A DNA stretch of 64,000 nt from a virus. The translations under genes were made by a program, and so were the position numbers. Within the stretch, counting starts at the first letter, position 1. The number at the start of each line of letters is the position of its first letter. Of the stretch, positions 1 to 9,873 are shown in pieces. The notes under the pieces are model-generated. The model had not been told where the DNA came from. It saw only the letters and a list, made by a program, of their open reading frames with translations, and searched no databases. The stretch spans positions 26,420 through 90,419 of IMG/VR virus record IMGVR_UViG_3300047550_003482; one strand, 5' to 3'.

Positions 1-132
1 CTCGTTTTGTCGCATTTTACCTGAGATATAACCTAAAATGCTATTTCCAGTAGGTAGTTTTACCCTAAATGTAGCATTAGGTAGGACCTCTGTTACCTGT
101 CCTTCAATTCTAATAAAATCTTGTTTCCCCAT
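1..132 (-). CDS. infA: Translation initiation factor IF-1 (3' part runs off the window)
   Basis: Not in ORF track. Manual translation from ATG at 132: [44 protein letters not shown], matching the IF-1 pattern G-x-V-x-E-x-LPN..FRV.L..G......ISGKMR. Confidence 0.92.
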   Translation of the reverse strand, partial: MGKQDFIRIEGQVTEVLPNATFRVKLPTGNSILGYISGKMRQNE

Positions 133-513
133 TTACCTTCTCATTGTTGCGGCATCAATAGCCTGTTGTTGATTGAACACTGGTTGCAAACAACTTTTGT
201 GAACAATAGTAACACCCAATACATTAGACCCAGTGTATTGGGGTGTTTGCTTGGTGCTCACTGGTCCAGTGATCCAACTGTTAAGCCTATTGACTTTAAC
301 ATTTTCACGACCAACTGGTACATTAAATTCTTCGTTTTTCACAGGTTGGATCTTTTTCTGTTTTGTTACAGTAGACATGGACTTCCACTTTTGCTGGTTC
401 TTTTCCCAAGAATCAGCTAGCTCCCTAGCTTTTTTTGCTTCGTCAGCATTGCGAAATTTTTGCTTAGTTTTTTTCTTACCAATGGTAGAAAAACAAGGAT
501 GCATCATTGACAT
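133..513 (-). CDS. Conserved hypothetical phage protein
   Basis: 126-aa ORF with C-terminal YTG..LGV..VHKS..QPVF motif; sigma70-type promoter at 544-572. Confidence 0.75.
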   Translation of the reverse strand: MSMMHPCFSTIGKKKTKQKFRNADEAKKARELADSWEKNQQKWKSMSTVTKQKKIQPVKNEEFNVPVGRENVKVNRLNSWITGPVSTKQTPQYTGSNVLGVTIVHKSCLQPVFNQQQAIDAATMRR

Positions 514-573
514 GTTTGAACAGTGTTTGACTGACAGAATTGTATTCTAATATATTCCATAATTTTTGTCAAA

Positions 574-888
574 TTATTTTTCCAGTATTGCAATGACTTT
601 TTCAGTCGCAACTAATTCTTGTTCTAGCTTTTGATATTGTTCGCCTAACTGTTTTAGATTACTCCATCGAGTTTCTAACTCATAATTTCTATGAATAATA
701 TTCAAACGCTCTTCTATTTTTTGTAGGCGTCCTTCTAAATCTCTACCATTTAACGTTATCTTATCAGCAGCCAATCCAGCAGTAGATGTGTTTGATGAGG
801 TGATTGTTTGATTAGTCCAATCAGTCCAATCAATAGTTGTTCCTATGTTTGAAAGTATTTTGTAGTTGTCGTTCATCAAAAAGCTCAT
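574..888 (-). CDS. Hypothetical coiled-coil protein
   Basis: ORF track; fits the gene string. Confidence 0.65.
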   Translation of the reverse strand: MSFLMNDNYKILSNIGTTIDWTDWTNQTITSSNTSTAGLAADKITLNGRDLEGRLQKIEERLNIIHRNYELETRWSNLKQLGEQYQKLEQELVATEKVIAILEK

Positions 889-1064
889 AACTTACGCAAA
901 TAAATTGTTCCTGTGTTATCTAAATCAAAATCTATGTTATCACCTTCTTTCCAACCCAATGCATCTAATAATGGCTGTGGAATAGGTAATAACAAGTCAC
1001 CTGTTTCAGGATCTTCTTGTGTGATTACTTCATATGTAGTATTGAGTTTTACATTATCTTTCAT
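885..1064 (-). CDS. AbrB/SpoVT-like small DNA-binding protein
   Basis: Not in ORF track. 59 aa MKDNVKLNTTYEVITQEDPETGDLLLPIPQPLLDALGWKEGDNIDFDLDNTGTIYLRKL with the L.IP..L...LGW..GD motif. Confidence 0.75.
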   Translation of the reverse strand: MKDNVKLNTTYEVITQEDPETGDLLLPIPQPLLDALGWKEGDNIDFDLDNTGTIYLRKL

Positions 1065-1736
1065 TTATACCTCATTGATTACCTTAGTTTTTTGTTTATG
1101 TTTTTCTATAGGCAACCAACCTTGATTCAATAGTATTTGATACTCATCTGATTCAATTCTTACTCTTTTACAGTCGCCTTTTTTATATTCTTTTTGATTT
1201 TTATTTGTAGCGATGGCTCCGGGTTTCCATAGTTCACTCATTCCTTTTATAGCTTTGCCTCCAGCTTTTGCAGCTTCTCCTGTATAAAAGGGATGAAATC
1301 CTGTTGATTTTTGTTTTTTAGCACTAGCTCTTCCTCCTGCAGCATGCCATGCTTTTAATTGTTCAGGCGTTTTAGATTTAAATACTGCCACTCCTCCAAT
1401 TTTTCCCGCATCTGATTGATGTTTGCGAAATTTATTTACATCATATTTTTTCAGTCCATCTAAATAACTCTTGCCACCGTAAGCCATATTATATGACAAA
1501 GGATCATTAACAATTTGGTCATTTACTATTTGTTTTTCTAACTCCCATAGCTCTTCTCTTGAAGACGCTTCAGCTAAAATTTCTTTAGTAAAAGATTCAA
1601 TACCATATTTTTTGATTGCATTTAAAATGGCTTTTCCGCTACCCATGTATGAATCATTGATATTTTTAGTAGCATGCCTGCCTATATAGTACCTTCCGTT
1701 TACTTTATTGACAATTTTATATATGATGTATCTCAT
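1065..1736 (-). CDS. GIY-YIG (Seg-like) homing endonuclease
   Basis: IIYKIVNKVNGRYYIGRH..YMGSG..AIKKYG..F.KEIL..E..YN motif. Confidence 0.85.
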   Translation of the reverse strand: MRYIIYKIVNKVNGRYYIGRHATKNINDSYMGSGKAILNAIKKYGIESFTKEILAEASSREELWELEKQIVNDQIVNDPLSYNMAYGGKSYLDGLKKYDVNKFRKHQSDAGKIGGVAVFKSKTPEQLKAWHAAGGRASAKKQKSTGFHPFYTGEAAKAGGKAIKGMSELWKPGAIATNKNQKEYKKGDCKRVRIESDEYQILLNQGWLPIEKHKQKTKVINEV

Positions 1737-1739
1737 ATC

Positions 1740-2294
1740 TCACCACATTCTGCAGGACCAGTATCTTGCCTTCCAACGTGGACCTGGATTAGCACAATTA
1801 TGTCTCGCACGGAAACTCTTACGTCTTTTTGGATTGCTTTTCTTGATACGCATATTCTTATCACCAAAATTTACTTTGACAACATTTCCCTTTGGACCAC
1901 GGACGTAAACCTTCGATTTTTTTACATCGCCCGCCATTGGTTTACCAAGCTGTACTTTTCTACCTTGGTATTCTGCTTCATCTAAATCATAAGATTCACC
2001 TTGGACTTTAGACCCTGCAGAACTAGCATCTGAACTCATACCTAATATCATTTTTTCATCAATTGCTTTTGATTCAACAATGATATCATGCACGTTAAGC
2101 AATTCAAGTGTGGTTTGATCAGCTTCTAAAATGATACCATCAGTAGTAAAACCAACCACACCTGTCTCAATAACAAAACTTTCAGATAATTCTATGTCAA
2201 AACTATCATTCAAATCAATGTATTGGTTGTCTTCATTGATTTCTTCTAATTTTGCAATAATCTCTTGAATGCTATTCATATTTTTCTCCGTCAT
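1740..2294 (-). CDS. Probable late protein with conserved basic C-terminal domain (DUF6321-like)
   Basis: VNFGD..M....RRKSFRARHNC..KARYWSC; acidic N-terminus; TAAATA motif at 2302-2307. Confidence 0.65.
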   Translation of the reverse strand: MTEKNMNSIQEIIAKLEEINEDNQYIDLNDSFDIELSESFVIETGVVGFTTDGIILEADQTTLELLNVHDIIVESKAIDEKMILGMSSDASSAGSKVQGESYDLDEAEYQGRKVQLGKPMAGDVKKSKVYVRGPKGNVVKVNFGDKNMRIKKSNPKRRKSFRARHNCANPGPRWKARYWSCRMW

Positions 2295-2300
2295 GTATAG

Positions 2301-2804
2301 TTATTTATTTAACATAAAGATTTTTTGCAATTGTTGAATAGTTTCTTTTGTTTTGCTATCTTTGTGTTTAATAGCTATTCCGCCTATTTTATTCCATGGA
2401 ACAATATTTTTATCTAGGTCATCTACTAATACATTTGTTTTTCCATGACGTTTAGCGTACAAATATTTTTCTGATGTGAAAACAGCAGTATTACTAGCAC
2501 CAGGTGCATAACGATCTAGCCATTGCTTTTTACCTAAAATGCTGTAATCATAAAAAGGTCCACGTAATGGAGCACTGCAAATAGTGAACTCGATATTATT
2601 GTTTTTGCAAAAGTTCAGTATCTCTATTCCACCGGGCAATGGTTCAAGGTTACTAAAAAAATCAAATACATCTTTTCCTGAACTGTTGGCTAACCCAGTA
2701 ACTTTGTCTTCGCGTGTGGTTCCGTTTTTGAGTTGTCGTAGTTTGCCATAGAAGTCACATAATACTCCATCCATGTCAAGATATAAATATGGTTTGTTTT
2801 TCAT
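2301..2804 (-). CDS. HAD-family 5'(3')-deoxyribonucleotidase
   Basis: YLDMDGVLCDF, GKKQWL, LVDD motifs. Confidence 0.85.
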   Translation of the reverse strand: MKNKPYLYLDMDGVLCDFYGKLRQLKNGTTREDKVTGLANSSGKDVFDFFSNLEPLPGGIEILNFCKNNNIEFTICSAPLRGPFYDYSILGKKQWLDRYAPGASNTAVFTSEKYLYAKRHGKTNVLVDDLDKNIVPWNKIGGIAIKHKDSKTKETIQQLQKIFMLNK

Positions 2805-3255
2805 TTTGTTACAGGTTTTTTGGGTCGATAGTCTACATTAGGAATAGGCGTATAATCTTTTTCGGTCATTTTAGTAAGTAACTCACCAAATTTCAATATG
2901 ATATAACTTTGTAATTTACTATCAACATCCTCATATAATGACAGAATTAGATGTTGATATAGTTTTATTTTTACCCTTATTTGTGGTTTAATTGATGGAT
3001 CTTCCAGTATCTCAGAAAAATCATTGTCTTCTTTTTTGAAATAAAATAGCATTATTTTGCCTTCAATATAAATTTCACTAAATCGTTTTCTTCTTCAAAC
3101 TTAAACTTATAAAGTCCTGGCATGTATCCTGCATCATCTCTTACTGTATAACCCCACTTGCCCGTGCAATTTTCATTGCACCAATAAATTAAGTCTTTTA
3201 GTTGTCCAAATGGAATATAAACTTCAGTCTGGTAATTTGTATCTATGAACATCAA
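2801..3255 (-). other. Two small hypothetical CDSs (2801-3052, 3052-3255)
   Basis: Coupled ORFs in the gene string. Confidence 0.65.
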
Positions 3256-3718
3256 CCTCGCCTCGACTTAGAAATTTTAAGCCTTCGTCACTTCTATATT
3301 CTTCTTTGTAGAACAGAGTTTTGATTCCCGATTGATAAATGGCTTTAGCACAATCAATACATGGAGCATGTGTGCAAAACATAGTTGCACCTTCACTTGA
3401 CTCGGTGCTTTTTGTTACCTTCATCAAACTATTCATCTCAGCATGTAATACTTCTGGTTTTGTTTTTAGCCTAGAATATTGTTTATTGTTTTCGTTGTAA
3501 GTCCATGCTGCCTTATCAGCAAAAGTTTCACGTTCATCATATGTATGATGAACATCCTCACAATTATTGTCCCAACCAGCTGGGGTACCATTATACCCTG
3601 TACCTATAATTTGATTATTTTTAACGATAACTGCACCAACTTTTAATCTAGTTGCATAGCTGAGATTTGCTGTGATATCAGCAATTTTCATGTAGTAGTC
3701 TATAAACTTTGGTTTCAT
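3224..3718 (-). CDS. dCMP deaminase
   Basis: KVGAVIV, GYNGTP, HAEMN, PCIDC zinc motifs. Confidence 0.93.
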   Translation of the reverse strand: MKPKFIDYYMKIADITANLSYATRLKVGAVIVKNNQIIGTGYNGTPAGWDNNCEDVHHTYDERETFADKAAWTYNENNKQYSRLKTKPEVLHAEMNSLMKVTKSTESSEGATMFCTHAPCIDCAKAIYQSGIKTLFYKEEYRSDEGLKFLSRGEVDVHRYKLPD

Positions 3719-4765
3719 TGAACGTAATTTTGTAATATGTATTTCTTGATTTTATCAGTACAATTACGTTCATGATATATCAAAAGGTCATTAACCTTAA
3801 AATTATTGCAAAATTCTACACCAAACCTATATCCAGCAAGTTTAGAGAATATGTAACCTTTACAAAACATTTCAAAATTTTCTTTATTGATTTTTGTTTT
3901 ACGTTTTGGTTTTTGTTGTAGTAGATTGCTCTCTACAATGTATGAAATGCCGTTTAGTCCCATAATGCAAAATAGTATTTAGCAAACAAGTCGATACCCT
4001 CTTGAATTCTTTCTTGATGCAATTTATGACCTTCAGCATCGTACCAATGTGAGGCAGGATTGTTATCTACAAGTTGAGAGTAAACACTTTTTTCTGAAGT
4101 CCAGTCAAATTCTGGCTCACCATGAAAATATAATTTTTCATAGCCATCATCTAGTATTTGACTAAATGACCAAATCATTTTGTCTAAAACCTCATCCCAA
4201 CGTTTTGCCCCTTCATCAAAGGACTGATCGTATGATTCTTTATAGAAATCAAAACTACTTTGAAAGTCGTGGGCTTCTCCTCCTACATTAGCAAAATCAC
4301 CTGGAATACCATGCTTGGTATTTTTAAGTTGAATCAACATTGGCAATATGATATGTGCCAATGTATGATCCATACCCCATGTGTCATACTTATCAATTTG
4401 AACGTCAATCTTCTGACCTTTTTTGTAGAACTTAGAAATTTTAGCTTTCATTTTACTGTGATTTTTTCCTTGTTGTATAGAATGATTTCCCCGTTGTGCT
4501 TTGTCATCACAAGTTCAATGTTCTTGAATTTGTGTGCATTAGCGATTAATTCGTCTACAGTTTTTCCCTGACAAATGAAATCATGCTTTATGTTGTAAAG
4601 ATATAGGATATCGTCATGTTTTTCTATGTAATAGAGATTTTCTTTTGCAGCAGAGAGATTTTCTTGGTTTTTATTTTCATTTTGTAAAACTTCATTAGCA
4701 TGTTTTATACCAATGTAATATCCCCAAGCCAAACAAATAACTGCGGTACTGATCAATTCAATCAT
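3715..4765 (-). other. Three hypothetical CDSs (3715-3963, 3954-4451, 4448-4765)
   Basis: Overlapping start/stop gene string. Confidence 0.65.
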
Positions 4766-4766
4766 A

Positions 4767-5612
4767 TTACACCTCTACTAGTTTAGGAAAAAACTCGTTT
4801 GCACGTTGCTCATAGCCATAATAACCACGTGGATTGCAGACAATTCTTGTTTCACCTATCATATAGTCAAAACAATCGTGTGTGTGACCATGGATCCAAA
4901 GTTTAATTTGTGGATGATCCAAGATTAATTCACTTAAGTCACTTGCATAACCTCCATTCATGATTGTATCACCTTTGTACTTATAACCAATACTTAAAGG
5001 CGATGGTGAATGATGACCTACAACAACATAGTTTTTTGCTTGGTCAGTTTCAACTGTTTTTTTGATGAATTCAACCGTTTGTCTGTGTTTTGCAAACGTG
5101 GTTGCAGGACTAAGATAATGGTATCCAGTATCTTCGTTTACCACTTGTCTATAATCATTCATCATATTTTTGATCATAGACATCGTAATAGGATCACCTT
5201 TGTTTAGATCAGTCCACAATGTCCCGCCTATGAATGTAACATCGTTGATTACTTTTGTTTCGTTATCCAAAAAGTATACGTTGTTGAATACTTGGCATTC
5301 TTCACGTAAGACTTCAAGTGTCCTTTTCCATTTTCCATGGTAGAATTCATGATTACCTGCAATGTAGATAACATGTGGGAATTCATTGCTGCAATTAGAC
5401 AGAAATTCTCTATACATTTTAGCAGCAGATTGACGAGTACCAAGTCCTGAATTATGTAGGATATGTGATTCGATTCTTTCTTTTGGATGGCGATAGAGGT
5501 CCTCGGCGATCATGATATCGCCGGCGAGGACCAATACATCAACGTTGTCGTTGTTTTTGAGTTCTAGATTTCCAAATTCTAAATGTATATCACTGGCAAT
5601 ATATAATTTCAT
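4767..5612 (-). CDS. Calcineurin-like metallophosphoesterase
   Basis: SDIH, LAGD, GNHE, GHH, HGHTH motifs. Confidence 0.92.
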   Translation of the reverse strand: MKLYIASDIHLEFGNLELKNNDNVDVLVLAGDIMIAEDLYRHPKERIESHILHNSGLGTRQSAAKMYREFLSNCSNEFPHVIYIAGNHEFYHGKWKRTLEVLREECQVFNNVYFLDNETKVINDVTFIGGTLWTDLNKGDPITMSMIKNMMNDYRQVVNEDTGYHYLSPATTFAKHRQTVEFIKKTVETDQAKNYVVVGHHSPSPLSIGYKYKGDTIMNGGYASDLSELILDHPQIKLWIHGHTHDCFDYMIGETRIVCNPRGYYGYEQRANEFFPKLVEV

Positions 5613-5995
5613 TTTAATAGGTATCCTGCATCTGTTAGCTTGGTGATAGCTTTATGTCTTTTTAGACCTTTAGGAACAATAGTAAAACTACCTTTATCGT
5701 AGGTTACCTTGTCATCTAGATCCTTAGCTTCCTTCAATCCAAGGCCAGAGATTTCACGTAGAGTTTTAATCCGAAAAATACGGTCTGTTCCGTGACATCC
5801 CTTCACAGTAATTGAACCATTATATTCTCCTGTAAGGAGCCGCATGAGAATAAGCCCCTTGATATCAGGATCTAATACACTGTTGATTTGATCCCACAGG
5901 GATAGTGCTTCTTCGCTGCCGTAGGCCTCTTTAATGGTATTCAAGAATTCGATACCCCTTTCTACGATTTGTTCTTTATGTTCTTCAGGAATCAT
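5609..5995 (-). CDS. Protein with ribosomal protein L7/L12 C-terminal-like domain
   Basis: IKTLREISGLGLKEAKDL matches the bL12 CTD signature. Confidence 0.7.
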   Translation of the reverse strand: MIPEEHKEQIVERGIEFLNTIKEAYGSEEALSLWDQINSVLDPDIKGLILMRLLTGEYNGSITVKGCHGTDRIFRIKTLREISGLGLKEAKDLDDKVTYDKGSFTIVPKGLKRHKAITKLTDAGYLLK

Positions 5996-6375
5996 ACCTT
6001 ACTCTTTTCTGAAACGTGTTTGCATTGACGCCGAAAACCAAATCCACTGCAAGTGCAACTCCAGCCCTTGCTGCTACGGGTCACTGTATATTTATTACCC
6101 TTAGAACCCTGAACGGTCCAAGTCTTTACATCAGTATTTACCGTTTTGAAACCACCGCTGATAATTTCAATGTCAATGACATTGAGCATGTTGATAGTGC
6201 GAACGGGCCAATCTTTGTTGCCTGAGATATTGAATTGGCGATCAGTAAGCCAACGATCAGGATTAAGAACCTTGCCTTCGTATACCGTGAAATCAGGTTG
6301 GGGAGGAATCATACGCGGACCTTGATTGTACCGAGTACGAACACGAACAACACTACCAACTTGAGGAACACGCAT
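5992..6375 (-). CDS. SWIM zinc-finger protein
   Basis: GSKGNKYTV...WSCTCSGFGFRRQCKH. Confidence 0.8.
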   Translation of the reverse strand: MRVPQVGSVVRVRTRYNQGPRMIPPQPDFTVYEGKVLNPDRWLTDRQFNISGNKDWPVRTINMLNVIDIEIISGGFKTVNTDVKTWTVQGSKGNKYTVTRSSKGWSCTCSGFGFRRQCKHVSEKSKV

Positions 6376-6390
6376 TTGATTTTTCCCTAA

Positions 6391-6645
6391 TCAAGCACAG
6401 AAACGGTCATAGCTACGGATAGGACTACGCCCATCAGTATGCTTTTCAACATGTTCAACCCAGATGCCCTTAGCACTGAGTGCAGTGGTCAACGTGGGAA
6501 GATCACAATCTTCCTCAAGATACACGGTAGAACCCTTTTGATAACTGTAGGCGGTGATCTTGTCAGCAATGCCCAGATCGTACAGAACGTGCCGCTTGAC
6601 CGCACCCCAGCCATGGCCAGAATCAGAGTATAACTTGATCTTCAT
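6391..6645 (-). CDS. Conserved early hypothetical protein
   Basis: SDSGHGW...YLEEDCD; SD AAGGAG; promoter 6676-6704. Confidence 0.75.
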   Translation of the reverse strand: MKIKLYSDSGHGWGAVKRHVLYDLGIADKITAYSYQKGSTVYLEEDCDLPTLTTALSAKGIWVEHVEKHTDGRSPIRSYDRFCA

Positions 6646-6712
6646 TGATTGCTCCTTGCTGCTCACTAGAAATACAGTATAACTGATTTGGGATTATTTG
6701 TCAAATTTCGGG

Positions 6713-6892
6713 TTATTTCGGCACTCGGATTTGAACGCATTGAGTGCGAATGTCGCTGGTGGGTCTGAGTCCTTCAGCCGCTTTTTGCAGGCGTTGGCAG
6801 GATTCCTGGTCTGCCATGGGCGGGCTATAGACAACTTGGTTGCCGTTAGCTCCACCCACCGTAATCAAAACCCAAACAAGAATAGTGTTCAT
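6713..6892 (-). CDS. Small hydrophobic-N-terminus two-Cys protein
   Basis: Not in ORF track. MNTILVWVLITVGG...ESCQRL...QCVQIRVPK; own promoter 6923-6951 and SD; resembles 40333-40515. Confidence 0.7.
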   Translation of the reverse strand: MNTILVWVLITVGGANGNQVVYSPPMADQESCQRLQKAAEGLRPTSDIRTQCVQIRVPK

Positions 6893-6959
6893 TGTGAACT
6901 CCTTGCTATCTACTATGAATACAGTATATCAGGATGGCGATTTATTGTCAAATTTGGAT

Positions 6960-7987
6960 TTATTCCAAATATTGAACAAAAAGGCCCTTAGATTCAATCT
7001 TACGATTCAGCCGAATGATTTTGCCCATGACGCTACGCATAACAGCACTGTCAGGCTGATTATGAGCCCTCAGAGTCCTTGCAGCAGCGACCAAACCTTC
7101 CTTACGCTTGAACAACTTGAGTTCTTCCTCATTACGAACGATAGCCCGCTTGCCGTACAGAACAGTTTCAATCGTCATTTCGTACTCCGTTCAACTACTG
7201 AAGCTAAAGTATAACTGATTTGGGGTTATTTGTCAAATCAGTCCTTACGATATACACTGGGCCTAAACAGGATACCAGTCAGCCACAACAGTCCCCAAGC
7301 CTGAAACCAGGTGATTTCCTTGAGTCCGAAAATCGTAGGCATCAGCCAATCCCACAGCAACATGACGGGCAAACTCATCAATGCTGCAATCAGGAAAAGT
7401 GCAACAAAAACTTCAACCAAAGTATTAAAAGCCTTCATTTTAATCTCCTTTACTTGGACAAGATTTCAAGAGTCAGACTATGCAGATAGTCCATTTCTTC
7501 ATTAGTCACATAGAAGTCAGTCAGAGGATCCCAATATTGCCCACCCTTGGGATCGTAGTAAAGAACACGACCGTTAGCGTAGAAGAACGGGCCTTCCAAA
7601 CCCTTACGGGGCTGCCAACGAGCATCACGTTCACGCAAAATACGATAGCCCATTTGTTTTCCTCTTTAACGACGACAATGATAGTATAGTTTATTTGGAA
7701 TTATTTGTCAAATTTTTCCTCATAGATTCAATTATCTCTGCCGCCTCTTCCAATAAATCTGCAATACGATCTGGACGACCTTCCTGTACACTTTTTCTGT
7801 CTTTGATTGACCTGCGAATTTCTGCACGTTTTTTCAATCTATACACAATATCATTTGTGTCTTCCGTTTTGGTAGCGGGACATTCATCATCTTTTGTATT
7901 AATAAACAACACAGCATTACATGCAGAACAATACGTAAGATCAGGCATACCAAATGCTGATTCATCGTTTACCCACTGATGTTTCAT
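6960..7987 (-). other. Four small early hypothetical CDSs (6960-7178, 7238-7438 membrane, 7450-7653, 7691-7987)
   Basis: ORFs with SD sites and intervening promoters at 7208-7236 and 7683-7711. Confidence 0.7.
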
Positions 7988-8424
7988 AGTTCACACTCCA
8001 ATTCATTAATTCGTTCAAACGCAACCACTGCTGGTAGCAATAGAATTGCTGCTGGGTCTTCACTAAGTATAGACCAAACACGTAGATGATCACTGGGCAT
8101 TTCTAGGTATTTACTGGCGTCATCATATGCGATTAGGGCTGCTGCCGCACCCATAGCCGCACCCATAGCCGCATTCCAAGCCGTATCCCGAGCCGCATGC
8201 AAAGTCACACTCAAAGCCGCATCCCACGCCGCAAGCCAAGCCGCACTCCAAGCCGCATCCCGAGCCGCACTCCAAGCCGCACTCCAAGCCGCACTCCAAG
8301 CCGCATCCCGAGCCGCATGCCGAGCCACACCCCAAAACGCATCCCAAATTTCAGGATGTGACTTTACTGACTCAAGTACCCGATCAATATGATGGGCATT
8401 AGGTAAGTAGCTCCATGCGTTCAT
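7984..8424 (-). CDS. AAxx tetrapeptide-repeat protein, copy 2
   Basis: ATGA overlap at 8421-8424; 16 four-residue units between conserved N- and C-caps. Confidence 0.8.
   Translation of the reverse strand: MNAWSYLPNAHHIDRVLESVKSHPEIWDAFWGVARHAARDAAWSAAWSAAWSAARDAAWSAAWLAAWDAALSVTLHAARDTAWNAAMGAAMGAAAALIAYDDASKYLEMPSDHLRVWSILSEDPAAILLLPAVVAFERINELECEL
8149..8340 (-). repeat. 12-bp tandem repeat array GCGGCT-N6 (16 units, some degenerate)
   Basis: Plus-strand units such as gccgcactccaa, gccgcatcccga, gccgcacccata. Confidence 0.9.
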
Positions 8425-8834
8425 ACACACTCCAATTCATTAATTCGTTCAAACGCAACCACTGCTGGTAGCAATAGAATTGCTGCTGGGTCTTCACTGA
8501 GAATTGCCCAGATACGTAGATGATCACTGGGCATTTCTAGGTATTTACTGGCGTCATCATATGCGATTAGGGCTGCTGCCGCACCCATAGCCGCACCCAT
8601 AGCCGCATGCCGAGCCGCACTCCAAGCCGCATCCCGAGCCGCATCCCGAGCCGCATGCCGAGCCGCACTCCAAGCCGCATCCCGAGCCGCACTCCAAGCC
8701 GCACTCCAAGCCGCATTCCAAGCCGCACTCCAAGCCGCATTCCAAGCCGCATCCCAAATTTCAGGATGTGATTTCAATGACTCAAGTACCCGATCAATGT
8801 GATGGGCATTAGGCAAATGACTCCATGCACTCAT
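8421..8834 (-). CDS. AAxx tetrapeptide-repeat protein, copy 1
   Basis: Tandem paralogue of 7984-8424 with 14 units. Confidence 0.8.
   Translation of the reverse strand: MSAWSHLPNAHHIDRVLESLKSHPEIWDAAWNAAWSAAWNAAWSAAWSAARDAAWSAARHAARDAARDAAWSAARHAAMGAAMGAAAALIAYDDASKYLEMPSDHLRIWAILSEDPAAILLLPAVVAFERINELECV
8583..8750 (-). repeat. 12-bp tandem repeat array GCGGCT-N6 (14 units)
   Basis: Units encode AAWN/AAWS/AARD/AARH/AAMG. Confidence 0.9.
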
Positions 8835-9748
8835 ACAGCATTCTCCATGTAGTTCCTAACCCACTCCAACCGTTGTTGTTCGGTCATCGCGGTATATTCT
8901 ACAATGTTTTCACGAATATGGTCGATCAACCCATGATATTCTTCATCAATGTTACGCTTGACATCGTTCTTCAGGTCTACCAACTTATCGGTACGCGGAT
9001 TACGAGCCACCCACTTGTTTACCAAGTAATACGGGCTCTTGATCTTGGTAGATACTCCATCATCCGTGTAAATTACATAACCTTCGTGACGGCACTCCTT
9101 TACCATTTCCTGAACACGGCCCATGTTGGTTACCGTACATTCAGGCGTATAGCAACCCAATTCTTGCGCCAATTCACGCAAGATAAAGCTATCATGCTGT
9201 ACCCGTGAACCCCACACATTTTCACGATAACCCAACAAATACATGCCTTCTTTCTCAGGAACAATGTGCGGATCGTCAACATGACAACATTCAAACATGA
9301 AGGTCATGCCACGCAAATCACTACGGCTGAACACCAAACACCAGTCCTGATAGTTATACTTTTGACGGATCAATTGCTTGACCATTTCAACGTATTCGCT
9401 ATCCAATGAACCAGTAGTGCTGATCAACAGATCACCATTGTACCAAGTAACGGATGCCATAAAGCCATTGACTTTACGGAAAGCAGTTACCTTGGTATCA
9501 AAGCCAATTTTAGGAGCACGGCTTTCAATACCGAAGTTATAGATTTTTTGAAATGGATATGCTACGATATTAAATTCGTCAGTAATGACCGCACCACGAC
9601 AATGCTCTAAATATTCGTTCCATGTGTTGTTAAAAAATACAGTTTTTTTGTACTTTAATACGGAAAGTTCTGGATAGATAGTTGATTTCTTCATTGAAAC
9701 CAATTTAGGATTATTCAAAACATACTGTTTCAATTTTTCTTGGAACAT
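8831..9748 (-). CDS. RNA ligase (T4 Rnl1-like)
   Basis: CRG, PFQKIYN, KVNG (motif I), STTGS, FE, EGYV, KIKS motifs. Confidence 0.8.
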   Translation of the reverse strand: MFQEKLKQYVLNNPKLVSMKKSTIYPELSVLKYKKTVFFNNTWNEYLEHCRGAVITDEFNIVAYPFQKIYNFGIESRAPKIGFDTKVTAFRKVNGFMASVTWYNGDLLISTTGSLDSEYVEMVKQLIRQKYNYQDWCLVFSRSDLRGMTFMFECCHVDDPHIVPEKEGMYLLGYRENVWGSRVQHDSFILRELAQELGCYTPECTVTNMGRVQEMVKECRHEGYVIYTDDGVSTKIKSPYYLVNKWVARNPRTDKLVDLKNDVKRNIDEEYHGLIDHIRENIVEYTAMTEQQRLEWVRNYMENAV

Positions 9749-9779
9749 ATTGAACTTTCATTGTTTCGTGTATAAATAT

Positions 9780-9808
9780 ACTGTAACACAAAATATATTT
9801 TGTGTCAA
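9780..9808 (-). promoter_or_regulatory. Sigma70-type promoter for RNA ligase containing a perfect 20-bp palindrome; adjacent plus-strand TATAAATA at 9771-9778
   Basis: TTGACA-N17-TACAGT; ACACAAAATATATTTTGTGT at 9786-9805. Confidence 0.6.
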
Positions 9809-9873
9809 CAAAAATGTCCTTCGCGGTACTGGTAATACCCAAGGACTCTAACAGTTGAAAAGGAACTATCAGC

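Noticed and set aside
8149-8750. Repeat arrays as CRISPR
   Set aside because: Contiguous 12-bp coding units with no unique spacers; no cas genes.
8123-8757. Cys/Gly-rich ORFs (8123-8347, 8557-8757) and RLGM-repeat ORF (8567-8752)
   Set aside because: Alternative frames of the stop-free 12-bp array. They lack SD and coupling, whereas the AAxx frame has conserved caps and ATGA coupling.
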